NCBI GenBank assembly: GCA_033442325.1
Contig: JAWQFM010000017.1
Coordinates: forward strand, 1,206,185-1,252,115
DNA length: 45,931 nt
Reading direction: 5' to 3'
Source: Salpingoeca rosetta
Taxonomy: Eukaryota > Protista > Choanoflagellata
Shown here: positions 1 through 13,777 of the stretch, piece by piece
Layout: every line of letters begins with the position of its first letter
Numbering within the stretch: the stretch's first letter is position 1
Position numbers and translations under genes: made by a program
The notes under the pieces: generated by a model
Databases searched by the model: none
What the model saw: only the letters and a program-made list of their open reading frames with translations
What the model was told of the DNA's origin: nothing

Positions 1-22
1 CGGGAACGGAACGAAACTAACT

Positions 23-90
<68 letters not shown>

Positions 91-184
91 TCACACATAC
101 ATACACACACATACAGAGCACTCGCGCTCACACACGCACGCACGCACACATCGAACACGTCATACACGCATCCGCCCCCTCGCG

Positions 185-418
185 TCACCAGCCCTCCCCC
201 GTGGCTGCAAAGTGGCGATCATACGCGCGAAGGGCGTGCTCGCCGTAATCGGCCTTGTGAGCAAGACAACAGGACGTCCCGTCGAGCGTGTTGCTGCACT
301 GCCGGCGGTGGCGTGTTGGCGACTGCCCGAAGAAGTGCGCAAGCAGCTCTGTTGTTGGTGCCGCATCCGTCTCCCACGCACCAAACGTCCACTGATTGGT
401 GAGGGCATGGCGGTGGTG

Positions 419-487
<69 letters not shown>

Positions 488-754
488 CGTGTGTGTGTGA
501 GCTGGCTCTGTTGTACGTCACAATTACAAGAAAGAAGATGCAACGAAAAGTTCAGGGCAAAGCAACATGTGCACGCAGCCTTACATTCACACAGGAACGG
601 GAAGATTCACGCACGCGCACATTCACGTGTACTAACACAAGTCCGACCAACACACACATACACATACAAACGCAAATACGTACGTACAGTTACACACGCA
701 CACACACAGCACACACACACACACAACACGCACACACGCACACTCACACACACT

Positions 755-795
<41 letters not shown>

Positions 796-2170
796 GCATA
801 CCTGTGGGGGAAAGCCGAAGAAGCCGTGGCGGGCCGGGTAAATCTTGCAGTGGACATCAAACCCGGACGCGTGCAGGCGCTCGTGTGCAAAGAGCGTGGA
901 GTAGATGAGCGGGTCACGCGAGCCACCAACAAACAGCGTGCGCGGGAAGTGTTGAATGTCGTCGTGGATGTCCATGAGCGTGTATCGGCCATTGAAGACG
1001 CCATCGAGGTTGGTATACAGCTCCAGCGCACCAGATATGCCGGCCTCCGCCATGAAGTTTTCCAGGCGGGTAATCTGCTTCAGGCAGCGCCCGCGCCACG
1101 AGGTTTGGTCGAGCAAGCCGTACAGGCACGCCATGCTCTCGACGCGCGGGTACGTGTAGTGCAGCAGGTCTGGCTCGTCGACGGCAGCTGCGAACTGGCG
1201 CATGAGGGGCGGGTTCATGATGAGCGCAGCCGCCATGCTGACAAGGTTGCCGCCCGCGGAGTCACCAAGCAGCATGACCACGGGCACGCCCTCGCGTGCG
1301 TGGATCCAGTGCAGGGCGCGGAGGGTGGAGACGAGGGCGGCGGGGAAGCGGTGCTCTGGCGCAAGCGGATAGTCCATGGAGTAGACGCGGAACCCTTGGC
1401 GGCAGAAGCATGTGATGGAGTGCATGAGCACGGAGCTGCTGGCGAACACAAACCCACCGCCGTGCGCATACAGGATGGTGCGTGCTTTGGATGGCGGCGC
1501 ATCGCTCAGCTTCTGCGCGTGCTCCGCATCTGGTTCAACCACATGCACCATCTCCTTCTCTATGTAGGTGAAAGGGGAAAGAGGGGAGGGGATGGGAAGA
1601 AAGGTGATGAGAGGTATGGGGTGCAAGGGCAAGGCGTGCATGCGCACAAGGCGCGTTTGCGCAGCAGAAGAGGGTGTGGATGCGCAGCAGAAGAGGGTGT
1701 GGATGCGCAGCAGAAGAGGGTGTGGATACGCAGCAGAAGAGGGTGTGGATGCGCAGAGGGTGTGTATGCGTACAACATGGCACGCACACACATGCACATA
1801 CAAGCAAGCCAACACACACAAGCAAGCAAGCCAACACACACACACACACACACACACACATGCAAACACCTCTGTCGCCGTAGGAGTCCCAACGAATGGA
1901 GGCAACACCCTTCATGATTTGCTGTCGGTCTTGGGCGTGAGCGTGGGGCCAGAAGAGCCAAAGCTTCCATTGCACCCAGGTCCAGAAGCCATCAACGTGC
2001 CAGCGGATGAAGCGGATAAACGCTGTCAAGAGGAAGCAGCGCGCGGACCTCGGCAGTGCTGCAAACGCGCGGCACGCCACATTCCACAGCGCGTGTATCG
2101 ATGCAACAATCACATACAGCGCAACCAGTCGCACCAAGTAGTGCACCACCACCAGCAAGAACTGCATCAT
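185..2170 (-). CDS. Alpha/beta hydrolase, hormone-sensitive-lipase (GDXG) family esterase with a hydrophobic N-terminus; 3 exons
   Basis: Exons 2170-1870, 1559-802 and 391-185 have GT-AG boundaries and consistent phase. Motifs: oxyanion YAHGGGF, DYPLAPEHRFPAAL, nucleophile elbow GDSAGGNL, acid GGSRDPL and catalytic His in YPARHGFF. Confidence 0.9.
1660..1762. repeat. ~23-bp minisatellite (GCAGCAGAAGAGGGTGTGGATGC-like, ~4 copies) in hydrolase intron 1
   Basis: Direct tandem copies are visible in the sequence. Confidence 0.85.
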
Positions 2171-3196
2171 GTCACAGAGGCGAAGGTGTGGTGGTGAAGC
2201 GAGAGCGTCGGTGATGGTTTGGTTGGTGGTGAAGGTGGTGTGGTTGGTTTGGTTGGCTGGTGGGTTGTTGTTTTGGTTGTTTTGGTGGTGGTGGTGTGAT
2301 CATTTCATGCCTACAGTTTGTGCTGTCGCTTTAGGAAACACTGCCCAATCCAAACGCGCAACGAGGCACCGAACGAAAGCAACAACGCAACGTTCGCCAA
2401 CCCCCCGATGACGTCATGTCACGGTCATGCAACAATCGCTTCGTTTTCAGCAATCAATCTGTGGCGTTGCTCTTGTCAGTCAATACACCCCTCGCATCAG
2501 AACAAGAGAACAGCAGCTATGTGCTCAGTGTGCCGCCCCGGTCATCGGCCTTTTCCCCGACCTTTCCACCTCTTCCCCCCATTCCTCCATTCCTCGTTTT
2601 GTGTAGCAGTGCAGCAGCTCCACACACACACACACGCACGCACGCACACACACACACACACACACACGCACGCACGCACACTGGAAGGAAGGGTGGTGTT
2701 GTCAAACGAAGGTAAGAAGAAGAAAGGAAGCACTCGTCATTTTCCACGTTGTTGTGTCTTCACGCAGTTGGTTGCTCGCGACTCTTGTGTAAGTGGCTGT
2801 GCATAAGTGTGCGTAAGTGTGCGTAAGTGTGGTGTGTTCTGGGCTTGACTTTTGTCGTCGTCTGCCTTGCTGTTTGTGCTTCGCTGCTTTCTTGCCTGAC
2901 CGCTATATATGAAACCAACACACACACACACACACACACCAGCACATTGAGCGATCGATCAGCACGCGCCCAGCTCACCCACTGTCTCATCGGCTCACGT
3001 GCGTTGCTTATTTGCATCCCACACTTCCGTCAGCACCCAAGCACTTGTTGAGTTGCTTGCCACTCCCAGCTGCTGGCTCGCAAACGTGTAAACACTGGAC
3101 AACATGCACGCCACAGCAACAACTCCGTCAGCACGACCGGCGCGTGCATTGATACACGCCGCAAGTGCCGATAAGGCAAGTGATAGCACCGCGAAG

Positions 3197-4285
3197 ATGC
3201 CTGGACAACAGGTGCTGGTGCGCGAACAGGGCGGACAGGGCCGCCCGCACTTTGTCCCCCATGACGAAATGCGGCTGGACATGGAGCAGCTCAAGATCGC
3301 GTTGGGGTCGTGGACAGCCGTGGTGGAGTTGGTGCCGACGTGGCACGAGGTCTTCTTCGCAGAGCTGTTTCAGGCACACCCGGAGACAGAGCGTTTGCTC
3401 TATTCGTCCGACAAGAGCAAATCGTGGAACGAGCGGCACATGGCACGCGTCGGCAAGTCTGTTGGGGATGTGATCAAAAGTCTTTCCAACTACGACGACG
3501 TCATCGAACACCTTACGGTGCGTGGAGTGTGTGCTCGTGTGTTGGTGTTTGTTTGTTTATGTGTGTGTATGTGTTGTGTATGTGTGGTGTGTGTTTTTGT
3601 TCGCATGTGCATGTGGTGTTTGTGCGTGTGTGGTTATATTGTGACTGTGTGTTGTTTGTTCCGCTGTTGGTCTGGCTGTCCTGTTTGCGTGCTGGAGAGC
3701 TGCGTGATATGCCACCGAGGGTTGCTGGATCACCTCCACTCCACAGACTGGCGAACCTCATGAGCAAGCATGTTGCTTGACCGACGGTTATGTTATTGGA
3801 ACAGGCCTTGGGAACACGCCACGCTCGCTATGGCTTGCATGTGGATCAACTGGATTTGTTCATCAACGCTTTTCTTTGGACCTTGGGTGCTGGACTTGGT
3901 GACAGCTGGGACCACAGCGTCAAAAAGGTGTGTGCGTGTGTTTATGTGTGTGTGTATGTGTATGTGTGTATACATGTGTGTGTTGTTACATGATTGTTTT
4001 TGCAGGTGGGGGCGCTTCTTTGCTTCTTCTCCACTCAATTGCAACACCACTTACCCCGTCAGCACTCCTCCTCATCTTCCTTCTGTTCTGTGCATCATGT
4101 CCTTCGCACAACATCAGGCATGGATGCATGTTCTGCCCTTCATCTTGTCGCCACTCAAGTCAGGGCTGGTTGTTGCCCGCACACTGCGCAACGACTACAA
4201 CACCAGCGGCTGCCTCCGTTGCAGACGCCTCTTGATCCCGCTGCACGGCCGCAGGCTTCGCCCCATCACCGTGTCCCTGGTCTAG
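3197..4285 (+). CDS. Single-domain 3/3 globin; 3 exons (alternative upstream in-frame ATG at 3104)
   Basis: Exons 3197-3517, 3805-3927 and 4118-4285, with phase-0 GT-AG introns. Globin pattern: A-helix SW, B/C-helix FFAELFQAHP, distal ERHMARV, proximal LGTRHARYG (F8 His), G-helix FINAFLWTL and H-helix KKAWMHV. Confidence 0.88.
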
Positions 4286-5334
4286 GGATGTTATTTCTGT
4301 GTGCGTGTGCGTGCGTGTGTGTGTTGGGTGGTGTGTGTGTGTGTGTCGGTGTGTGTGTGTGTCTGTCTCTCTCTCTCTCTGTCTCTCTCTCTGTCTCTCT
4401 CTCTGTCTCTGTCTCTCTCTCTCTGTCTCGCTCTCTCTCTCTCTCTCTCTCTGTAGTGGCTCCCGCTTTCGCGTTATCTTTCCCATTTAAGGTTCTTCCT
4501 TGCATCACATCTTCACGCCTTCTGCCTTGAGTTCTTTTGACTCCTTGACTCGCACGAATCGAGGCACGGCCACTCGAAAAGCCACCTATCCAAGCATCCT
4601 CTTGGTGCCTGAGTATCCTCTCTGCTCCGTCTGCTGATGTGCCAACCACTGTGTTCATATCTTGTTGGTGTGTTGCCGATGCTTGCTTTCCATGCAGACC
4701 CTGCGTCCAGCACACGCCGTGCCCTCACCATTGTTCTCGGGGAAAAGGCCTCTGTGCTGGGTCGTGGCCGCACAAACAGCCGTTCTTAGCTTCCTTTGTT
4801 CATAGGTTCTGTCTCCTTTGCTCTTGCTGTTGCCCAGGCAGCCTCGCTCCCTCGCTTTCCCTCCTTCCCCTCTCTTCCCTAGTACCCCATTCCCCTCCTT
4901 TGCCTTTGCTTCAGCTTCGCAGCTTCTTCGCTTCTGCTTCGCAGCTTCCTTTCGTTTGACTGCACTGCACTCAAGTCAACTGTGTCAGTGAACCCGTAAT
5001 CGACGCCAAAAGAGATAAAGAAGGGAGTGAATGGACGACATGGGTGCGAAGGAAGGGCCTCGCGGCGGAGTGAACTGCTCGAACTACAACAAGCGATGCT
5101 AGCGACACTAGCGACACTTGCGACACTTGCGACAGCTCGCAGGGGCAGGGTGCCAGGAAGAGGCCCAGTTCCTTCGAGCGCCAATTGCATCACAGAAAAA
5201 GTGCATCGAATCATTCGTTTGCTTCACACTTTCATGCACACACACTTTTTCACACTGCACACAACCAACACACTGCACGCACCTGGCCAACAGATTGACA
5301 GAAGACAGACACACCAACCCGCCAACCCGAAACA

Positions 5335-5680
5335 ATGGACGCACCAGGCCCTGAGAACCCCGAGGTGCTCGCCAAGTACGAGAAGGCCGGCGAGATTGCC
5401 TCCTGTGAGTACCGCTTACCAGCGTATGTGTGAAAGGGACAGGGAGAGGGAACGAAAGGGGATCAATGCGTGGCAAGCACTCAGCTGCGATGAATCATGG
5501 TACCCAAGTCATCACATGCAGACCCTCCACACACATACATGCGAACGCACACATCACCCTGCTCAGATGGCTTTGAATGACCTCTCACCCATTACCTTGT
5601 GTGTGTGTGTGCGTGCGTGTGCGTGTGTGTGCGTGTGTGTGCGTGTGTGTGTGTGTGTGCGTGTGTGTGCGTGTGCGTGC

Positions 5681-5770
<90 letters not shown>

Positions 5771-7142
5771 TCCACCTATTCCGCTTCACCGATCGCCCTT
5801 GCGTGTCTCTTGTGCAATGCCGAGGCAGCTGTGATGAGGAGCCTGCTTGCGCAGTGTTCCGCGGGCGCCAAGGTGCTTGATCTGTGTGAGAAGGGCGACG
5901 CCATGCTGACCAAGGAGCTTGGCTCCGTGTACACGGGGAAGGTGGACGGCAAGAACGTGCCCAAGGGCATCTCATTCCCCACCTGCGTCAGCGTCAACAA
6001 CTGCGTCTGCCACAACTCGCCGCTCAAAAGCGACAAGGAGCAGGTCATCGCCTCTGGCGACGTCGTCAAGATGTAAGAGCACGAACAAATGGGGGAGGGG
6101 GGAGACGTACATTTATTGGAAGAGGGCGGATATATGGATATGAATGGGCGTGTGTATAGGCGTGTGTCTGCTTGTGTGTGTGTGTGTCTGCTTGTGTGTG
6201 TGCGTGTGTTGTTTTTTTAAATGTGCCTGTGTGCCTCGTTGTGTGGTTCGTACACTTCCATGTGCTCTACCTTTGTGATCTGCAGGTTGCGTGCATGAGA
6301 GGCCCCTCTCTCATCTCCACCCACCCACGCACACCAACACACATCCATACACATACATACACACCCTTTGTTCCATTCACACACACGCACACACACACAC
6401 AGCGATCTTGGTGTGCACATTGACGGGTACATTGGCGTGTGCGCGCACACCGTTGTGGTTGGTGCTGCCAATGCCAAGCCCGCCAAGGGCCGCAAGGCGG
6501 ATGTGGTGCTTGCCGCATACAAGGCCGCCCACGCTGCTGCCCGCATGGTGAAGCCGGGCGCCAAGTCGCAGGACATTACGCGCGCCATCGCCGTTGTTGC
6601 CGACGCCTTCAAGTGCAAACCCATCGCAGGTGTGTGTGGGTGTGTGTGTGTTGTGTGTTGTGTGCAGGTGTGTGAGCAAGTGTGTGTGTGTGTGTGTGTG
6701 TGTGCAGGTGTGTAAGCGTGCAAGTTTGTGCTTGTATGTGTGCAGGTGTGTAAGCGTGCAAGTTTGTATGTCTGTCTGTATGTGTGTCTGTGTGTGAACG
6801 CTTTCACCACGCACGCCTGCAGGCGCGCGCGCACGTTAGAATCATGACGCTTCAACCATCTTTGTCTCACCCATACTACCACGACCACCCTGCCCCGCTC
6901 CCACTCAACCTCCCCTCCCTCGTTCCTCTGGGCCAGACATGCTGAGCTTCCAGACGCACCGCTTCCAGCTCAACACGGACAAGGCCATCATCCAGAACCC
7001 GACCGAAGGGTCACTGAAGAGCCACAAGGAGTGCGTCTTTGAGGAGAACGAGGTCTATGCCATCGACGTTCTCATGAGCTCCGGCGAGGGCAAGGTGCGG
7101 GCCTGGACCGTCATGCTGTGCATGTGCGTGTACTTGTGTGTA

Positions 7143-7179
<37 letters not shown>

Positions 7180-8695
7180 GTGTACGTGTGTGTGTGTGCA
7201 TGCGTGTACGTGTGTGTGTGTATGCGTGTGCGTGCCTGTCTGTCCGTCCGTCCGTCCGTCCGTCTGTCTGTCCGTCTGTCCGTCCGTCCGTCCGTCTGTC
7301 TGAGAGCACCCCGCTCTGCTTGTGTTCACCACCATCACACCACCATTACCGTCATCGTCGTCGTCGCCAGGCGCGGCTTGGTGATGCGCGCACTACGGTG
7401 TTCAAGCAGACGGACGAGCGGTACCATCTGCGCGGAAAGCATGCCCGCAACCTCTTCTCCGAGGTCCGCCGCAAGTTCCACAGGATGCCATTCTCCCTCC
7501 GCTCCTGCGAGGTGCGCCGTGCTGCTGCTGCTGCTGGTGGTGGTGGTGGAGGTGGTGGAGGTTGTGCCTGTGTGTGTGTATGCATGTTTGTTTGTTTGTA
7601 TGCATGTTTGTGTGCATGCATCTGTGCGTATGTGTGTATGTGTGTGTGTGCGTGTTTCCTACCTCGGTGCACATTCGTGGCCTTTTCTCCTCTGTGTTGT
7701 TTTGCTCGTGATCATCAGTGTGCGTGTCTCTTCCCCTCACCCGACCGCGCGCGCACACACATACACACACACACACATACGTGCAGAGCGAGATCCGTGC
7801 GCGCATGGGCGCCAAGGAGTGCGTTGAGCACAACTTGCTCGAGCCGTACCATGTCCTCTTTGAGCGCGCAGGTGTGGTGTTGTTATGAGGCCATTTCACA
7901 CGCATGCATGTGTACACACGTTTGTTCACTTGCCCACCCGCAAGCACATGCACAAACACACATGTACACACATGCACACACACATGTACACACATGTGCA
8001 CACATACACAAACACACATGCACAAACACATGCACACACATGTATGCATACTCAATCCCCATCTCATTGTCCATCTATCTCGTAACTCTTCATGTATGGA
8101 TGCACTCATCTCCCCCTCCCTCCCCTCACAACCCCTCCCCCTCCCACCTCAAATCTCCTCGCTCGACTGCCCACGCCACTGCCACGGTGTACAGGCGAGT
8201 ACGTCGCGCAGTTCCGCATGACGGTGCTGCTGCTGCCTGGCGGGAACAAGATTGTCTCCAAGGTGGACTTTGACGCCACCGCGTTTGACTCCGAATACGA
8301 CATGCATGAGGACGCCCTCCTCAAGGTAAAGACGATACACACACACACACACGCGCGCGCGCACACACACACACACGCACACGCACACACGCACACACAC
8401 ACACACACACGCACACACACACACACACACACGCACACACACACACACACGCACCCGTGTGTTTGTTTGCTTGTCTGATCCCTTTGTGGCATTTGCAAAT
8501 GCTTTTGCATTTACATTGCACATGTGTGTGTATGTATGCGTGTATGTGTATGTGCATATGTATGTGTGTGTGACGACTGTGCATCACAGCCGCTCCCTGT
8601 TTTCTCACCACCATCCCACACGTCACGTCACGGCACGGCAGGCGCTGGACCCGAACGAGCCTGCAGAGCCCGAGGACTCTCAGGACAAGAAGTGA
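5335..8695 (+). CDS. PA2G4: Proliferation-associated protein 2G4 / EBP1 (non-catalytic M24 fold); 8 exons
   Basis: Exons 5335-5404, 5829-6072, 6403-6629, 6937-7094, 7371-7511, 7787-7871, 8195-8325 and 8642-8695. Family motifs: [79 protein letters not shown] and GEYVAQF. Confidence 0.95.
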
Positions 8696-9199
8696 CGCGC
8701 GCCAACACACACACACACACATGCACGCACGCACCCACGCACGCACACACACACACACACACATGCACGCACCCACGCACGCGCATGAGCACATGAAGGT
8801 ACACGAGTGTCTCTGCCTCCTCACATGTGCGTGCGCGTATTGGCTGCATGTGTGTCCATGTGCTTTCATCGTGTTTGTTCATTCAAGAAGCAACCCCGCA
8901 ACATCAGAATCACATGGCAATCCAATCACCAACCGAACAACGAAGCAAAAAAGGGCACACGGGCGTATGTTTACACAAGCAAGGGTTTGGTGGCAAAGGC
9001 AATGTGACAAACAAAGCATGATGTGACGGTACGGGCCAACAGCCTGTCGCACAAATGTGCAAAGACAACAGAATTCGCTCATGTTGCGACAAGAAAGAGG
9101 CACAGGCGCATGGAGAAGGAGTGGGAGGGTGGCGTGTGCTGATGGCAACGGTACCGCGGCACTGATGCCGTAACAAGTGTGCCTTTTGTGTGTGTGTGT

Positions 9200-9588
<389 letters not shown>

Positions 9589-9688
9589 NNNNNNNNNNNN
9601 NNNNNNNNNNNNNNNNNNNNNNNNNNNNNNNNNNNNNNNNNNNNNNNNNNNNNNNNNNNNNNNNNNNNNNNNNNNNNNNNNNNNNNNN
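9589..9688. other. Assembly gap (100 N)
   Basis: Run of N. Confidence 1.
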
Positions 9689-9765
<77 letters not shown>

Positions 9766-9873
9766 CGTGTGGTTGTTGGAGGAGTAATGCGAGAGAACAG
9801 ATGACGCATGCAGGTGTGTGAACAAGTACCAGCACTGACCCATTGACCAACACACACACAACCAGTGCAGTAC

Positions 9874-10956
9874 CTCTCCTCGTCGTCCTCCTCTTCGCCC
9901 ATGACGTCGTCGACAGCGTCGTCCATCATCTCCTGCTTCATATCCATCACCTCAGACTGATGTACAACACACACACACACACACACACGCACGTCAGGCA
10001 GCGAGGTAATGCGGTCATGAGGCGTGCGCTGTGACAAGGTATTGCATTCCACGCAAGTCACCCCACTGTTACCCATCATCGTACACACACACACGTACCT
10101 GTTTCTCGAATTCTGCCATGATCTTCTGCAATGCGGGAATGTTCATCGTCTTGTTCATGCGCGCCATGGCCTGAGGGGATTGGGGGTTGGTTGTTGGGTG
10201 AGCGCCAGTGTTACGCACACGCTTACATCACACATCGCTGCCGCAGCACTTTCCCAAAACAAGCACGATTGACAAACACCCGAAAATGACACAGCCAACC
10301 ACCCACACCCACACCCACCCACACCCACACCCACACCCACCCACACCCACACCCACACACACACACACACGCACACCCACACCCACACCCACACACACAC
10401 ACACGTGCGCATGCGCATGTGCACCTTTGTGACGCCCGACATGGCCTTGGCCATGCTGTTTGTGGCCTTGAGCGTCTGTTGTGGTTGGCAAGATAATGTG
10501 GTGCATGCAAGGCATACGTGAGTCGGAGGAGGAGAGACAGGCAAGCAGGAAGCAACAATGAGGCAATACGCAGATTGACCGTCCCAACAAAACAAGGCGA
10601 ACGACGTACACAAGGGTGAAACACTTCCACGAAGGTGAAACAACACCGTTCACAACTCAAGCAAAGACACACATTCACACACACGCAGAAGCATGTACAA
10701 GCACACACACACGCAGAAACATATACAAGCACACACACAAGCACACCTGGATCTTGAGGGAGACGGCTTGGATCTGTGTTTTCATCATGATCATCTTCTT
10801 CTGGAAGCGGCGGGTTCTCACCACGTCCTTTGCCATGATCTTGGCCGCATCCACTTGCCCTGCGCGGGCCGCCTTCTTGATGTCCATCATGGTCTTCTTC
10901 TCTTGCCGTTCCAAGCTCTGACGTTCCCGATCCAAATCCCTGCACCACGCAAAAAA

Positions 10957-11012
<56 letters not shown>

Positions 11013-11102
11013 AAGCGAATGGGACAGTACACAAAAGATCAGCAAAGGCAATTGAGAAAGGGGGAGCACGGACAACCTTCCTGACACGGTGACATCACAA
11101 AA

Positions 11103-11134
<32 letters not shown>

Positions 11135-11402
11135 ACGCACACGCGCAAACGCGCATGCAGACACACACACACACACACACACAAACACAACAGCAGACAC
11201 ACACACACACACACACACAAACACAACAGCAGACACACACACACACACAAACACAACAGCAGACACACACACACACACACAAACACAACAGCAGACACAC
11301 ACACACACAAACACAACAGTACCTCATGGCGCGTCGCAGTAGCCGCTGGTTCTCCTTCATCATCTCCTCCGGCGTCTTCTTGCGCCCAAACAGCCACTCC
11401 AT
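9874..11402 (-). CDS. CHMP2A: ESCRT-III subunit CHMP2A/Vps2 (3'-partial; C-terminal exons lost at the gap)
   Basis: Exons 11402-11323, 10939-10747, 10475-10425, 10170-10099 and 9956-9874. They read MEWLFGRKKTPEEMMKENQRLLRRAMRDLDRER..AKIMAKDVVRTRR..QIQAVSLKIQTLK..SMAKAMSGVTKAM..PALQKIMAEFEKQSEVMDMKQEMMDDAVDD. Confidence 0.95.
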
Positions 11403-11692
11403 GGTCGGTTGTTGTTGTTATGTGTCTGTCTGTCAACGATCCCCTTCCTTTTCTTTGCTTCCGTTTGTTTTCCTTGCTCTGCTTTCCTTTGCTTGCTTGT
11501 TGCTCTGGCCTTTGTTTGTGTGAATGCAGCGCACACGTCTTGTCCGTCGTCTGCTGTGGTCGTTGCTTGTTGTCGAGTTGGTTGGTTGTGCCGCCTCCTC
11601 CTTGCTTGATGACTCATCAACTTGGGTGCTTTTTATTATTTGTTCCCGGTTGATTGATTCAATGGCCAGTTAATGGCCTAAAAAATAAAATA

Positions 11693-11700
11693 TTTCCCGC
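11693..11700 (+). promoter_or_regulatory. E2F-consensus-like site (TTTCCCGC) in an AT-rich patch of the CHMP2A / PGBD-like divergent intergenic region
   Basis: Exact match to TTTSSCGC; function is inferred. Confidence 0.3.
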
Positions 11701-12115
11701 AGATTTACACATTTTTTATTTTCTCGAGGAAGGCGCGCTCAACGTTCAAGTTTGTTGTTGTTGTGGTGGTGCGCGAGAGGAGCAACGGTTCAAGAAGCAA
11801 GGCAAGAAGGCAACAAGGCAGTTGGTGAGCGACGTGAGCTGCTGCTGTTGTGGTTGGTTCTTGTTGGCTGTTAGTTGGTGTGTGGCTGGGTTGCTGGCTG
11901 GTTGTGGTTGACTGTAGTTGGCGACCTGACACTGCTGCTGCAGCTGGACCGCTGAGATCCCCCTCACCCTATCAACGAGCAACCGCCCACGTTTAGTGAC
12001 TCACATCGTTTGCTTTGCACCTCACACGCGTGCACACGAACGCACGCACGCACGCGCACACTGCCGTGCAACGGCCGATTCAACCACAGCCAGGCAGCCA
12101 CAGCCCCACATACCC

Positions 12116-12213
<98 letters not shown>

Positions 12214-12215
12214 GC

Positions 12216-13745
12216 ATGCCGCGTGCATCGCCGTCGCTGGGCGAGGGCGCCATCGTCAGTGCCCAGGCACGCATGCTGCACCCCGCCGAGCACTTTCGAG
12301 AGGAGTTCGGCAGCGAATACAGACACCACCGCGTGCAGGATTTGGTGGTGCGAAAGCTCGCCATCCGCAAGATCCGCGCAAAGGAAACAAAGGTGGTGCT
12401 GCTGAGCCACGCAGACTTTCCCGGGCTCGAAATCTACGCCAGCCCGGGCTGCCTCAAGCTCATCACCGCCGGCCCACCAGAGAAGCAGTTCCGCAACACG
12501 GGCGAGCTCGTCTTCAGCAAGACTAAGAAGGACAAGCAAGCCATGGAGCTCTTCCGCGACCGCGCCGATCCAACGGGGCTGACTGTCGACGACCTCTCCG
12601 CCCTGCACGACCCGCTGCACCCGCGGGATGAGAACGCCACGGATCTCGGCCTCACCACAGACGTCCGCGACCACCAGGACGCTAGCGCCAGCCTGCTGGA
12701 TGATGACGACGACGGCGACCACGACCACGACCACGACCACGACGATGCTGGTGACCAGCCCAGGAGGCGCAACCGCGCGGGGAAGAGCAAGCAGCCCGGC
12801 AAGCGCGGGCGCCCGCCCAAGGGCAGCGCAAAGGGCAGCGAGTTCACCAGCATCCCGCCCATCTTCGACGAGCAGTGGGTCAGCGTGGCAAAGGAGGCTG
12901 CCATCAGACGAGCGCAGGAGGCAGACCACCACCACCATCACCACCACCACCACGTGCCCGGCATTGAGGCTGCCGATATTGGCCTGCCCATGCCCCCGGA
13001 GACAAACAAGGCAGCCATGCTCAACGGACTTCCGCTCTCGGATCCGCGCGCCCCCGTATCCATCACGCCCGGCCGCCTCTTCCGCCACTTCTTCCCGCTG
13101 GACGCCCTCAACGGCATGGTGACGCAGGCCACAAACGACGCCCACAATGAGATGATGCTGTCGGCGGGCGAGTTCACGCGCTGGCTCGGCATCTGGTTCT
13201 GCATGACTTGCTTCCCGGAGAGCCAGATCAGCAACTTCTGGCCCAACGTCGCCATGCCGCTCATCCGCACCCGCCCCAACATGGCCCAGTTTATGTCGCA
13301 GGAGCGCTTTGAGTCCATCTTGGCCAACCTGCGGTTTGCGTCCCCGGCGCACGCGCCGACAACCGGCAACGCGGCCCGTGATGACTCCATCGCCGTGCTC
13401 TCCACGCTCGTCAGCGAGTGGAACGCAAACATGCTGCAGTCGTTCTCGGCGTCATCGCTCATCCGCCTGGGTCTCTCCTCCTCCATCTCCCTGCCCGGTG
13501 TGCCAGACCACGCCACCCTCAGCACGCGCCGCAGGGCCGCCGACCCCTTCTCCACCACATACGCTGCCCTCACCTGCGCACAGTCAGGCCTCCTCTTCCG
13601 CCTCGCCCCGCTCTCCCCGCTCGTCGGGTATGCTGGCGGCATTGGTCACCCCATGCCTGCAGGCACGGGCCCTTCGTCCGCTACACAACCAACAGCAGCT
13701 GCACCTGCAGCAGCGGTGGCAGCAACAAACGGCGGCACGCCACAA

Positions 13746-13777
<32 letters not shown>

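Noticed and set aside
493-1917. 474-aa + strand ORF
   Set aside because: It is the antisense shadow of the GC-rich hydrolase exon, extended by microsatellites.
11150-11320. Regularly spaced CAAACACAACAGCAGA units resembling a CRISPR-like array
   Set aside because: The spacers are just (CA)n. This is a compound minisatellite within CHMP2A intron 1, with no cas genes and a eukaryotic context.
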